Assembly: GCA_039189765.1 (NCBI GenBank)
Contig: JBCCYL010000017.1
Span: 1 to 64,000 of the forward strand
From: Cyanobacteria bacterium P01_F01_bin.150
GTDB taxonomy: Bacteria; Cyanobacteriota; Cyanobacteriia; CAKZMO01
Direction: 5' to 3'
Length of the DNA: 64,000 nucleotides
Shown: positions 29,146-39,151 of the stretch, piece by piece
Layout of the letters: every line of letters begins with the position of its first letter
Position numbering within the stretch: the first letter of the stretch is position 1
Notes under the pieces: model-generated
Seen by the model: the letters and a program-made list of their open reading frames with translations, nothing else
The model's database searches: none
What the model was told of the DNA's origin: nothing
Program-made: the position numbers and the translations under genes

Positions 29146-32100
29146 ATGACGAACAATAAACGCATTCAATTCTTTCGAGATGGTGTAAGTCAGCGCAACA
29201 GATTACCAAGGGCGCTAAAAGAGGAGTATGTCTCTGTAAATGAGCGTTCTTGGTCGGATTTGCTTAAGTTTGTCCAAAAGTATGCTACGGGACTTAGCTT
29301 TTATGATGAGTCAGATGCGCTAAAGATCGAGCAGGGACTTGACATATTTGATGATTTAAAAAATTGGGAATCTTTTGTTGCAGGTGATATCCAGCAGATG
29401 ATTGCCTATATTAATAAGCCTGAAAGTTTTGCAGATGACGAGTTAGCGCTAAGGAGGCTATCTCAGCCTCATCTGGTCATATTTTTCACGTTTTTACAGT
29501 TACTGCGCTACCCTCAGGAGCAGTTTCAAGAACTTACCCAAAGACATCTTGAATTTTATTATAAGGAAATCCTAAAACTCACGGAAAAGGAAGAAGTTCC
29601 AGACCGAGTACATGTGATATTTTCTTTGGCAAAAGGGGAAAAAGAATATTGCCTGCAACAAGATACGTTGCTCAATGCTGGTCAAGATAGTGAAGGATTT
29701 GATCTTAAGTATGAAACTGATGAAGAAATCATTCTGAATCAGGCTCAAGTGGCTAGTGTCAAAACGTTGTCTGTTTCACAAACCCATACTAATTTGAAAA
29801 CTATCCATCAGGAGGGAGAGAGGGATGATGAGAGTTTTGAAGATGCCTTGAAATGGGCAGTTGGTAGCCCAGAACGAGGAGATCCACTGCCTAATTTTAG
29901 GAATACCGTCGTAGATATTACTTATCTCAAAACACTTTATCAAGATATTAAAAATCAAAGCATAGAGCAAATAGAAACAGACAAGTATAACTACATTCTC
30001 AATAAACTTTTTTTTGCTAGTATAGATGACTTTAAATATTGCCTGGAGCTTCATATTCAAGAAGTAGACAGAGGCGATCCTAACCGACAACCGACAAAGG
30101 CCAATTGGGAGCGAGTTTATAAATTATTAGAGCGAGCCTATCACAAGAAAATTACTTTCCGTAGGCGGGATTTACTCAAACAAACTAATCTTACTTCTGG
30201 CTTTCAGAGCATGATTCAACTGGCTCTTGGTGAACCTAATCCTCGAGATTCATTGCCAGAAATACCTTATGGCTACGATTCTCTGGATGACCTATTTAAT
30301 AACCTGAATGAATCCACTCCCAATCCTGCCGTAGCACGCTATGTGGAAGAGCAGCTCTATCTGACCCCGGAAGACTTTCGGAAGATCCTTAAGATTAAAA
30401 GACAGTTCTTTAATGATAAAAATGTTGCTGATTGGGATGAGGTTTATCGCTTAGTAGAAAAGGCACAGACAAAGAAACGGAATTTTACCTATCCTCCCAT
30501 TGACCAGAAAGACACCAATAACATTTATGCTAAACCCATTGCTAATGTAGAAGAGGGGGCAGAATCTGAAATACCCAGATTTATGACGTTTCAAACCGTT
30601 GCCCAAATTCCAGGGGCTGCGTTGGGTTTTGCGATCGCCTCTCCTTTGCTCTTACTGAAAGAAGGTACACGACAAATCACCATAACGTTTATTTGTCAGG
30701 CTAACACTCTAAACCGAGAACTTCTCAATGAGGTTCTTGATAATGGCGAGGAGCCTTTTGACGTTTATTATAGTAGTGAGGAGGAATGGACCAAAATTCC
30801 ATCTCCAGTGCTGGAAATTGATGACTCTTTTGACACTATCCGATTGCGTCTGCAAGTCGAAGATATCTTACCAGCAATTAAGCCACCCAAAGTAGATGAA
30901 TCTAGTGTGGTTATTAATACCTCTTATCCAGTTATAAAAGTTATTTTAAAGAATATTGAGCAAGATGTAGAGCCAGAGGAAGATGCAATAGCCAATATTT
31001 TTTATGGCTCTCAAGAGGAAGAAATTCCAGAAAAAATTATCCATTATGATCGCTTTAAATCCATCCAGTTAGAGAAAGTAATTATTGAGGTTGATGTTCG
31101 CAATGTCCAGGCGCTACAATTGCGTAACGATAGTTCAGTGCTGAACTATAAAAGCCCTTTTCAGCCCTTTGGATATAGTCCCAAGGGCGGTTCAGGTTTT
31201 TATTTAGCTAATCCAGAGATTTGTTGTAAGACGTTAGAGAGTTTAGCTATTAATATAGAATGGATGGGGCTTCCAGAGGATTTTGCTACCCATTATCAGG
31301 CTTACACTACCTCAGGCATTGTTCAGCAGGCGATCGCCAACGATACCTTTACCGCAAAGCTAAAACTCCTCAATAATCGCAATTGGTATGAGATTGAAGC
31401 TCCCAAGCCAATTTTTACCACAGGTGATAGTACCTTAAGCAACCCTATTCAAATCAACTACAACGATTTTTTCATCCCTGATTACAATCTGAATTTATCC
31501 GCATTAGAAGTCGAGGCTGACGATCCATTTGAGCACAACAGATATTTCAAACTAGAACTCGAGAATCCTGACTTTGAGCACGATTTCTATCCTTTGGTAT
31601 TAACTAAAGTTGCTTTAGCAAGGGATGATGAGGCGATGCGTTCCCTAACGGTTTATCCTCCCTACACACCAGAAATTAAAACTATTTCTCTAGACTATAC
31701 AGCTTCAGAAGAAATCAACTTGAGGGCTGAGCCAACGGAGCATCCCGGCAGTGAAGTCTTTCAAATTCACCCTTTTGGTTATGTGAGGATCTGCTGTCCT
31801 GAAATAGCAGATCTAACCGATCAACGATCTTACTTACTTCCCCAATACGATGAGGTTGGTACTTTATTCATTGGCATCCGCAATCTACAACCACTACAAA
31901 ACCTCTCATTGTTTTTCCAACTGATGCCAGGAAGTGCCAATGTTGAGTTAGTTAAACCTGATATTTCCTGGAGCTATTTAAGTCGCGATCGCTGGTTAGA
32001 TTTTTCTGACACTCAGCTACTCTCTGACACAACCAATGGGTTAGTTGATTCTGGGATTATTTGTTTTAGCATTCCTGAAGCTGCAACACCCAACAATCAG

Positions 32101-33090
32101 ATGTTTAACGATGATTTGTATTGGTTGCGTGCTGTTGTCAAGGAAAATGCTGCTGCTATTCCTGATACTTTAGATATCAAGGCTCAAGCCGTAAGTGCCA
32201 CTTTTGTTAACCAAGGTAATGCAGACGATCACCTCAGCAAACCTTTATCCGCCGATTCCATTACAGCGTTGGCAGTCCGGAACTCTGCTATCAAAACTGT
32301 GGCTCAGCCCTACACCTCCTTTCAAGGCAAAATGAAGGAGGATCGGCATTCGTTCAATACTAGAGTGAGTGAAAGACTACGACATAAGCAGCGAGCATTA
32401 ACTCCCTGGGATTATGAACGTTTAGTCTTAGAACGCTTTCCAGAAATCTATAAAGTTAAATGTATTACCTCTGCCCTTGGCTTAAACAATCCCAGTGATG
32501 CCAAGGTTACTGTTGTGGTTGTGCCAGATATTGCCAATACAGCACCTTTTTATCCCCTTGAACCCAAAGCACCTTTATATACGCTCAAGGACATTGAAGT
32601 TTATCTCAAGGCCCATACGTCACCGTTTGTCAATTTAGTGGTCAAGAATCCTCGTTATGAACGAATAAAATACAGAGTTAGTATTCGTTTTCGACCAGGC
32701 TATGACCAAGGGTATTATCGCAACAAACTTAATGAAGATATCATACGATTTTTATCTCCTTGGGCCTATGAAGGGCAAGTTGATATCACTTTTGGCAGTT
32801 CCATTCATAGTTCTTTAGTGATACATTTTATTGAAAAAAGACCCTATGTAGATTATGTTGCCAACCTGAGATTATTTGAACAAGTTGATACGGAGAATGA
32901 GCCTGAAGATAAATCAAAGATTAAGTTTCAATACAGCGAGACTAATATTGCTCAGGTGCGGCATCCAGACTCAATCTTGGTTTCTGCCACCAGCCATATG
33001 ATCGATGTCATCACAACAGACACGTATCAAGATGCTAATTTTGAAGGCATTGGCTACATGATTATTGATTTTGATTTTATTGTTACTTAG
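29146..33090 (+). CDS. Baseplate J-like protein (Afp11)
   Basis: DGVSQ..R, HLEFYY..IL, RVSERLRHKQRALTPWDYERLVLERFP, FLSPW. Confidence 0.93.
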   Translation: MTNNKRIQFFRDGVSQRNRLPRALKEEYVSVNERSWSDLLKFVQKYATGLSFYDESDALKIEQGLDIFDDLKNWESFVAGDIQQMIAYINKPESFADDELALRRLSQPHLVIFFTFLQLLRYPQEQFQELTQRHLEFYYKEILKLTEKEEVPDRVHVIFSLAKGEKEYCLQQDTLLNAGQDSEGFDLKYETDEEIILNQAQVASVKTLSVSQTHTNLKTIHQEGERDDESFEDALKWAVGSPERGDPLPNFRNTVVDITYLKTLYQDIKNQSIEQIETDKYNYILNKLFFASIDDFKYCLELHIQEVDRGDPNRQPTKANWERVYKLLERAYHKKITFRRRDLLKQTNLTSGFQSMIQLALGEPNPRDSLPEIPYGYDSLDDLFNNLNESTPNPAVARYVEEQLYLTPEDFRKILKIKRQFFNDKNVADWDEVYRLVEKAQTKKRNFTYPPIDQKDTNNIYAKPIANVEEGAESEIPRFMTFQTVAQIPGAALGFAIASPLLLLKEGTRQITITFICQANTLNRELLNEVLDNGEEPFDVYYSSEEEWTKIPSPVLEIDDSFDTIRLRLQVEDILPAIKPPKVDESSVVINTSYPVIKVILKNIEQDVEPEEDAIANIFYGSQEEEIPEKIIHYDRFKSIQLEKVIIEVDVRNVQALQLRNDSSVLNYKSPFQPFGYSPKGGSGFYLANPEICCKTLESLAINIEWMGLPEDFATHYQAYTTSGIVQQAIANDTFTAKLKLLNNRNWYEIEAPKPIFTTGDSTLSNPIQINYNDFFIPDYNLNLSALEVEADDPFEHNRYFKLELENPDFEHDFYPLVLTKVALARDDEAMRSLTVYPPYTPEIKTISLDYTASEEINLRAEPTEHPGSEVFQIHPFGYVRICCPEIADLTDQRSYLLPQYDEVGTLFIGIRNLQPLQNLSLFFQLMPGSANVELVKPDISWSYLSRDRWLDFSDTQLLSDTTNGLVDSGIICFSIPEAATPNNQMFNDDLYWLRAVVKENAAAIPDTLDIKAQAVSATFVNQGNADDHLSKPLSADSITALAVRNSAIKTVAQPYTSFQGKMKEDRHSFNTRVSERLRHKQRALTPWDYERLVLERFPEIYKVKCITSALGLNNPSDAKVTVVVVPDIANTAPFYPLEPKAPLYTLKDIEVYLKAHTSPFVNLVVKNPRYERIKYRVSIRFRPGYDQGYYRNKLNEDIIRFLSPWAYEGQVDITFGSSIHSSLVIHFIEKRPYVDYVANLRLFEQVDTENEPEDKSKIKFQYSETNIAQVRHPDSILVSATSHMIDVITTDTYQDANFEGIGYMIIDFDFIVT

Positions 33091-33122
33091 ATTTGACTGT
33101 TACTTAGCCAAGGAGAAACATC

Positions 33123-33944
33123 ATGACACTAAGAAGTAGAAGCGAACTAGAAAACTTGTTCAAAACTGGTGCCAAACCTTCTGGAGAAGACTTTAGAGAT
33201 TTTATTGAATCAACCCTAAATCTCAATGACGATCAAGCGATGTTAAGTGGTGGCAATGGCGGCAGCCCCAGCCCTGCACCTGCACCTGTACCCACACCCG
33301 CACCTGGTCAACAAGGACCACTGACAGTTACCCAGCTACAGCTAGGGGGTGGTCCGACAATCAATAAAATTTCTACAGATATGAGTGGTAATAGCGATAA
33401 TGCTATACCAACAGAGAAAGCGGTAAGAGCTTACGTTGATAGCAAGATGCATAGCTACTCTCAGGGTAAAATCTTGTCCAAAAATGGAACTTATACACTA
33501 ATACTTCAGGAAGGTGATGGGCCTTCTAAAGGAAACTTGGTGGTATATAGAGGTGAGCCACAAGATGGTAATCCGATATGGGCTAGTTGGCAAACTAAAA
33601 AAGCTTCAGGCACATGGGAAGGAGGAAAGCCTTCTGACATCAAACTTAAAGAAGATATCGTTCCCTTGGATAATGCTCTATCAAAGTTATTAAGCTTGCG
33701 AGGAGTGTCTTTTTATTGGCAGGATAAAGAGATGGGAGAAGACCGAGAAATTGGCGTGATTGCCCAAGAAGTAGAGAAAGTTTTTCCGGAGTTAGTAAAT
33801 ACTCCAGTGGGTGGTTCTAAGCTAGTCCAATACGAAAACTTCGTTCCTATTTTAATTGAGGCAATTAAGGAGCAACAGCAAACTATTTCCCAGCTACAGC
33901 AAGAGGTAGAAAAGATTAAGGCAGAAGGGGTTAGGGCTAATTGA
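33123..33944 (+). CDS. Tail fibre (Afp13-like) with C-terminal intramolecular chaperone (peptidase S74)
   Basis: N-terminal LFKTGAKPSGEDFRDFIES attachment motif; SDIKLKEDI and IGVIAQEVEKVFPELV. Confidence 0.85.
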   Translation: MTLRSRSELENLFKTGAKPSGEDFRDFIESTLNLNDDQAMLSGGNGGSPSPAPAPVPTPAPGQQGPLTVTQLQLGGGPTINKISTDMSGNSDNAIPTEKAVRAYVDSKMHSYSQGKILSKNGTYTLILQEGDGPSKGNLVVYRGEPQDGNPIWASWQTKKASGTWEGGKPSDIKLKEDIVPLDNALSKLLSLRGVSFYWQDKEMGEDREIGVIAQEVEKVFPELVNTPVGGSKLVQYENFVPILIEAIKEQQQTISQLQQEVEKIKAEGVRAN

Positions 33945-33978
33945 CAAACGAGATCGTTATCTGCTCAAAGTGCCTATT

Positions 33979-34212
33979 ATGAGAAGACAAATTGAAGAAC
34001 GTCTGCAACAACTCAAAGTCGAATTTGAGTCTGGGCAGAAGCTGCTGCTGGATTTAGAGGAGAGACAAACAGAAGTAAAAAATACCTTGTTACGCATTCA
34101 AGGTGCCATTCAAGTGTTGGAGGAGGAGTTGGTGAAGGCTGACGAAGCGTCGTCAGTGGAGACAGCAACAGAGGGAGGTTTAGCAGAAAGTGATACTTCA
34201 TCAGCAGAATAG
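33979..34212 (+). CDS. Small coiled-coil protein
   Basis: Heptad-rich IEERLQQLK...LLRIQGAIQVLEE; follows the fibre gene. Confidence 0.7.
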   Translation: MRRQIEERLQQLKVEFESGQKLLLDLEERQTEVKNTLLRIQGAIQVLEEELVKADEASSVETATEGGLAESDTSSAE

Positions 34213-34353
34213 CTCTCAGTGCGTTACGCGCTTCGCTGACAACACCACTAAGCAAAGCGAGTCTTTGTCACTTGTGAGCACCTGCCACTCACATCAAATA
34301 TTAAATCCATCAATAAAGTTTTACCTACCACCTGAAACCTACTCCTAAAGATA

Positions 34354-37300
34354 ATGACTGCTCCTAGTTTTTTACAAGAATCCATAACCTTTGATGGCGA
34401 AGATGACTATATAGAATTACCAGAGATGGAATTCGATTTCTCTAGCGGCATGACGATGGAAGCTTGGGCTTACTATGAGAGTTTGCCAACGGAGGCAATA
34501 ATTATCAATTTGGACAATCCCATTCGTACTTCTACTGAAAATATCAGCTTTGGATCAAGTGCGGCCCACGGCATAGGCATAACCACTCAAGGCAGTGGAT
34601 TTGCTACCTTACAAAAGATTGAAGAGTTAGAAAAGTGGATTCATATTGTAGTAACAATATCGCCTTCTAGAAGCAGCATAGTTTATCAGAATGGTAGCCA
34701 AATTGTTCAACGTTTTGTCGATTTGCCGATCAATCTCAAACGCACCCTCAATTGCATTGGTAGACACAGCAAGTTTGACGAAGACTTTTTCCACGGTCGT
34801 TTGGGTGAAATCAGAATCTGGAATATTGCTCGCTCAGAAGCTGAAATCATCGAAAATATGAACCGTCGCTTGACTGGCAACGAGCCAGGACTAGTGGGCT
34901 ACTGGCCCTTAAATGAGCGTTATGGCACTGTCGCTTATGACAAAAGTTCCAATAATTATCACGGCACCATCCACGGACAGGGTGAACGGGAGCGAGTTAC
35001 AAGAGAACCCCTGGAATTGCCTGCAAACAGCCTGGATTTGGCAGCTAAAAAGGTTGAACTCAATCGCCAATTCTCTACCTCTACCCCACAATATCAGACC
35101 ATTCCCAATGATCCTCCAGAGTATCCAGGAATGAACTTTGCCCTGTTGCGTGAAGAAGGAATTAAGCACATAGAAAAGCTAGCGGGTCAAGTCTGGACGG
35201 ATTACAATACCCATGACCCAGGCATCACCATCCTCGAAGCCCTTTGCTATGGCATCACCGACTTAAGCTATCGCCTGTCTTTTCCCATTCAGGACTTACT
35301 GGCATCCCCCCCAGCAGAGTTAGAGGAAGATAAGAAGCAGTTTTTCACAGCGCGGCAAATCCTCACCACTAATCCCCTCACCGTCAACGACTACCGCAAA
35401 CTACTGATTGATATTGATGGTGTCCAGAATGTCTGGCTAAGGAAGGTTCAAGATACCGAACCTAAAATCTATTACAATACTACCGCCAATACCTTAAACT
35501 TTGATACTACCGATTTACCGGAATACATCAAGCTTTATAGTGAGCCGATCCAATTAAATGGACTTTATCAAGTACTTATTGCGAAGGAAGAGGAAGCTGA
35601 TGAAGTTAAGCTGCAAGAGGAAGTAACATTACGGCTGCATCAGCATCGAAATCTCTGCGAAGATTTCCAGGAAATTAGCATCTTGCCGAAGGAAGAAATC
35701 ACTGTCAAAGCCGAGATTGAAATAGAAGAAGGCTTGGATCTTGTGGATCTAATGGCCCAAATTTATTTTGGCTTGGATTGCTTGATCTCTCCTAGCATTG
35801 ACTTCTTCACCTTAAGAGAACTACTGGAAAAAGGTAAAAGCACGGCAGATATATTTGCTGGCCCTCCCCTGGAACATGGCTTTATTGATGATGAGCAACT
35901 TCAGCTTTTTGAAAGAAAATGGTTAGAGGATGAAGAAGAAACTGGGGACGAGTTACACACTTCCGATATGATCCATATCATTCTAGATCTAGAGGGAGTA
36001 AAAGCCGTTAAAAGCATTTTCCTCTCTAGCAGTAAGTCCTCGGACGAGGAAGAATGGGCATTGGAACTAGACATCAACAGCACTCCTCGCCTGAAAGATG
36101 TTGAAGGGGCAATTGAAGACATCAGCTTTTTCAAAGGATCAATCCCCTGTCAATTAGATCAGGAGGAAAAGGTAGAAGTAGCCCAGAAAGTGCAAACTTT
36201 ACACCAAGAATATCAAAGGCCCTACAGTAAAATCGTGCCCAAAGACCTGCCTATTCCAGCAGGACAAGATCGTGAGTTATCTGAGTATGAATCCATCCAA
36301 AATGACTTTCCTCCCAACTATGGTATTGGAGAATTTGGGTTACCTCGCTCGGCTTCTGCCAAGAGGAAAGCACAGGCAAAGCAGTTGCAGGCTTATTTGC
36401 TGTTCTACGATCAGCTACTTGCTAATAACTTTGCCCAGTTGGATCATGTTAAAGACTTATTTTCCTTCCACAAACAAGACAACAAAACCTATTTTTCCCA
36501 AGAAGTTTCTAGTTTGTCTCAAGAAGTAAGAGACCTTTTGCAGGAGTATCCCTCAGAGACAGAGGACGATCAGAAAATCGACATAGAGAGGAGAAATCGC
36601 TTCCTTAACTACTTAATCGGCCAATACTGTGAAAAATTCACCGACTATTCCTTACTGTTGTACAAATCCATCCTGGAAGAAAAACTGATTGAAGATAAGC
36701 TAGCGTTTCTCCGAGACTATCCCCGGATTAGCGCAGACCGAGGTAAAGCCTTTAATCGCATTGACTACAGTCAGATTTGGGATACGGATAACGTCTCAGG
36801 ATTGAAACTACGCATCAGCCGTTTATTAGGTATTCCGGAAACCAGACAATCCTTAGCGAGCGGTGAGATAGAAGGCTTTCATCTTGTCGAACATATTTTA
36901 TTGCGGCCAAGAGCAACCAACGTTGCTTTAGAATCGGCTGAAGGATTAACCTTTGCCCAGCCAATGCAATTTACTCAATCCACTGTAGGCGTTGAGCAAG
37001 TCACCTGTTTGACTCAGGTGTCTGGACTTGTAGAAGGCGATGAAGTCAAAATATTCGATGCGGGTGCCTATAATGGCATCTATCCAGTGACTAATGTCCA
37101 ATTAGGTGGATTTGATATAGAAGCAGCGTTTGCAGGAGAGAGAACAGGTAAATGGGCTAAAGCAGATCAATATGCTGATCCTTTTTCCTTTCAAATGAGT
37201 TTTGTCTTTCCTGCTTGGTTACCTCGCTTTCAAGAAGAAACGTTTCAGCAATTAATCCAAGAGACCTTAATCAATGAAACTCCGGCGCATATTACCATTT

Positions 37301-37533
37301 ATCTTCATTGGTTTGATCAAGAAGAGATGGCAACATTTGAGCTTGCATACGAGCAATGGTTAGAGGTAATAACAGATGAAGCTGCATCAGACACTGAAGT
37401 TCAGATTAAAACCAATAACCTAATCAGATTGTTGAAAATTGCTTATCCGGAATTGGTATTAGACCAAATTCCTAAAGGTATTGGCTATATGGTTATCGAA
37501 GGAACTCCAAGAGAAATTTTTCATGTTATTTGA
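34354..37533 (+). CDS. Baseplate protein (Afp12-like) with an N-terminal LamG domain
   Basis: FDGEDDYI..EIRIWN.ARS..GLVGYWPL (LamG); WTDYNTHDPGITILE, HRNLCEDF, LVEHILLRP, ETPAHI (Afp12). Confidence 0.9.
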   Translation: MTAPSFLQESITFDGEDDYIELPEMEFDFSSGMTMEAWAYYESLPTEAIIINLDNPIRTSTENISFGSSAAHGIGITTQGSGFATLQKIEELEKWIHIVVTISPSRSSIVYQNGSQIVQRFVDLPINLKRTLNCIGRHSKFDEDFFHGRLGEIRIWNIARSEAEIIENMNRRLTGNEPGLVGYWPLNERYGTVAYDKSSNNYHGTIHGQGERERVTREPLELPANSLDLAAKKVELNRQFSTSTPQYQTIPNDPPEYPGMNFALLREEGIKHIEKLAGQVWTDYNTHDPGITILEALCYGITDLSYRLSFPIQDLLASPPAELEEDKKQFFTARQILTTNPLTVNDYRKLLIDIDGVQNVWLRKVQDTEPKIYYNTTANTLNFDTTDLPEYIKLYSEPIQLNGLYQVLIAKEEEADEVKLQEEVTLRLHQHRNLCEDFQEISILPKEEITVKAEIEIEEGLDLVDLMAQIYFGLDCLISPSIDFFTLRELLEKGKSTADIFAGPPLEHGFIDDEQLQLFERKWLEDEEETGDELHTSDMIHIILDLEGVKAVKSIFLSSSKSSDEEEWALELDINSTPRLKDVEGAIEDISFFKGSIPCQLDQEEKVEVAQKVQTLHQEYQRPYSKIVPKDLPIPAGQDRELSEYESIQNDFPPNYGIGEFGLPRSASAKRKAQAKQLQAYLLFYDQLLANNFAQLDHVKDLFSFHKQDNKTYFSQEVSSLSQEVRDLLQEYPSETEDDQKIDIERRNRFLNYLIGQYCEKFTDYSLLLYKSILEEKLIEDKLAFLRDYPRISADRGKAFNRIDYSQIWDTDNVSGLKLRISRLLGIPETRQSLASGEIEGFHLVEHILLRPRATNVALESAEGLTFAQPMQFTQSTVGVEQVTCLTQVSGLVEGDEVKIFDAGAYNGIYPVTNVQLGGFDIEAAFAGERTGKWAKADQYADPFSFQMSFVFPAWLPRFQEETFQQLIQETLINETPAHITIYLHWFDQEEMATFELAYEQWLEVITDEAASDTEVQIKTNNLIRLLKIAYPELVLDQIPKGIGYMVIEGTPREIFHVI

Positions 37534-37557
37534 GCTTAAGTGTCTAATCTATTCTAT

Positions 37558-39141
37558 ATGGCTGAACAAAGGCATATTATAAAAACGCAAATTATAGAAC
37601 TCCAGCTAAATTCCCGGAAGGATGCGCTTGCGTTACAAAATGAGGTAAGCAGGATTTATCATCATAGAGTTATTCCATTATTGGAAAACTTATGCAATGA
37701 GTTGAGTGATGAGGACACTATTGTGAGAATCGATTCTCTAGAAATCGATCTAGGTGAACTCAATCTCAATAACCTTGAAGAAGGTATTGCTGCCAAAGTA
37801 GAAGAGTATATTGAACATTCCTTAGAAGATTTAGAAGAAATTGATTCCTCGAATGCTTTTCAATTAGAACAACATCAATTGACTAGAAATAGTAGATATC
37901 ATCAAGATATTGATAATGATAGTAGCCGTCTTGCTCAACAAGAAGATAGCGATCGCATCCACTCTACAAACTTGAATAAATCCAGTCAGGAGAGCGTGGA
38001 GTTAGAACTTTTAAGCTACTTCCTACAAACAGGTATGCTACCTTGGTGGGCCAAACCATTAAGCAAACAAGAGCTGATTGACTGTTGCGATCGCTTAATA
38101 ACCACTTCTCCAGGTCAAGTCAAACCTGTTCTTCAGAAAACTTTGCAAGACAAAAAGCAATTAAAACGGCTTATATATCATTTCCCTGACATAACTTTAC
38201 AGAGGATAGTCCGCCTACTTGCTCCAAGCCAAGCTGCATTTATGGCTCATTACAATAGTGATCTTGTTGAAATTTTTGGACAAATTGAAGCCTTGAGGGA
38301 TAATTCTGAAAATATCTTGCGCTTTGAACGTTGGCAAGGACTACTAACAAGTCTCTTCTTTGAGAGTAGTATTAATCCAGAAAAAGCCAGAGTAATCAAG
38401 ACAACTCTATTATCAATCTCTACTAATTTAGGAATTTACTACCCTGACTTAATCGCTCAGATTTTAGAGTCAGTAGAGCATCTTGGGGAGGAAGATAGAA
38501 TTCTTACACCCGAGCTTTTAGTGACTTTAACCCAGATAGCTTCTCCTCTAAAAGGGGAGATATATGAAGAAAGATATTTGCCAACATTGTCTGAAAAATT
38601 ATTTGAATCTCAACCATCTATCGAAACTTTTAGTGACACTGATGAGATTTATATTCAAAATTCCGGCTTGGTCTTACTGTGGCCATTCTTGGCTAAATTT
38701 CTGACTAATCTAGGACTAGTTGAGCAAAGAGCGTTTATCAGTAAGAGTTCTGCCGAACGTGCAGTACTTTTACTTCAGTATTTAGTTGATGGTTTGTCAA
38801 CACAAACAGAGCATTCCTTACCTTTAAATAAACTCCTCTGTGGAATAGAGCTATTAGATCCAGTCGATATAAATTGGATAATAACTGAATATGAGCAAGC
38901 AGAGTCTGAAAAACTTCTCTGTGCTGTAATCCAAAATTGGTCTATCTTAGGAAAAACGTCAATTGCGGGCTTAAGGAAGGCCTTTTTGCAAAGGAAAGGG
39001 CTATTGAAAATTAATGATGGTAGTTTGCAGCTACATGTAGAACGAGAGAGCTACGATGTTTTAATAGATAGAATTCCTTGGAACATAGATATTGTTAAAT
39101 TACCATGGACAAATGAAATCTTATATGTAGACTGGTCCTGA
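37558..39141 (+). CDS. CIS tape-measure protein (Afp14-like)
   Basis: HII, IDSLEIDLG, YFLQTGMLPWW, NSGLVLLWPF, LNKLLCG, FLQRKG, LPW. Confidence 0.9.
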   Translation: MAEQRHIIKTQIIELQLNSRKDALALQNEVSRIYHHRVIPLLENLCNELSDEDTIVRIDSLEIDLGELNLNNLEEGIAAKVEEYIEHSLEDLEEIDSSNAFQLEQHQLTRNSRYHQDIDNDSSRLAQQEDSDRIHSTNLNKSSQESVELELLSYFLQTGMLPWWAKPLSKQELIDCCDRLITTSPGQVKPVLQKTLQDKKQLKRLIYHFPDITLQRIVRLLAPSQAAFMAHYNSDLVEIFGQIEALRDNSENILRFERWQGLLTSLFFESSINPEKARVIKTTLLSISTNLGIYYPDLIAQILESVEHLGEEDRILTPELLVTLTQIASPLKGEIYEERYLPTLSEKLFESQPSIETFSDTDEIYIQNSGLVLLWPFLAKFLTNLGLVEQRAFISKSSAERAVLLLQYLVDGLSTQTEHSLPLNKLLCGIELLDPVDINWIITEYEQAESEKLLCAVIQNWSILGKTSIAGLRKAFLQRKGLLKINDGSLQLHVERESYDVLIDRIPWNIDIVKLPWTNEILYVDWS

Positions 39142-39151
39142 TCAAATTGTT

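Noticed and set aside
21572..39141. Prophage or T6SS
   Set aside because: No capsid, terminase, portal or integrase genes and no TssJLM/ClpV; gene content matches an eCIS.
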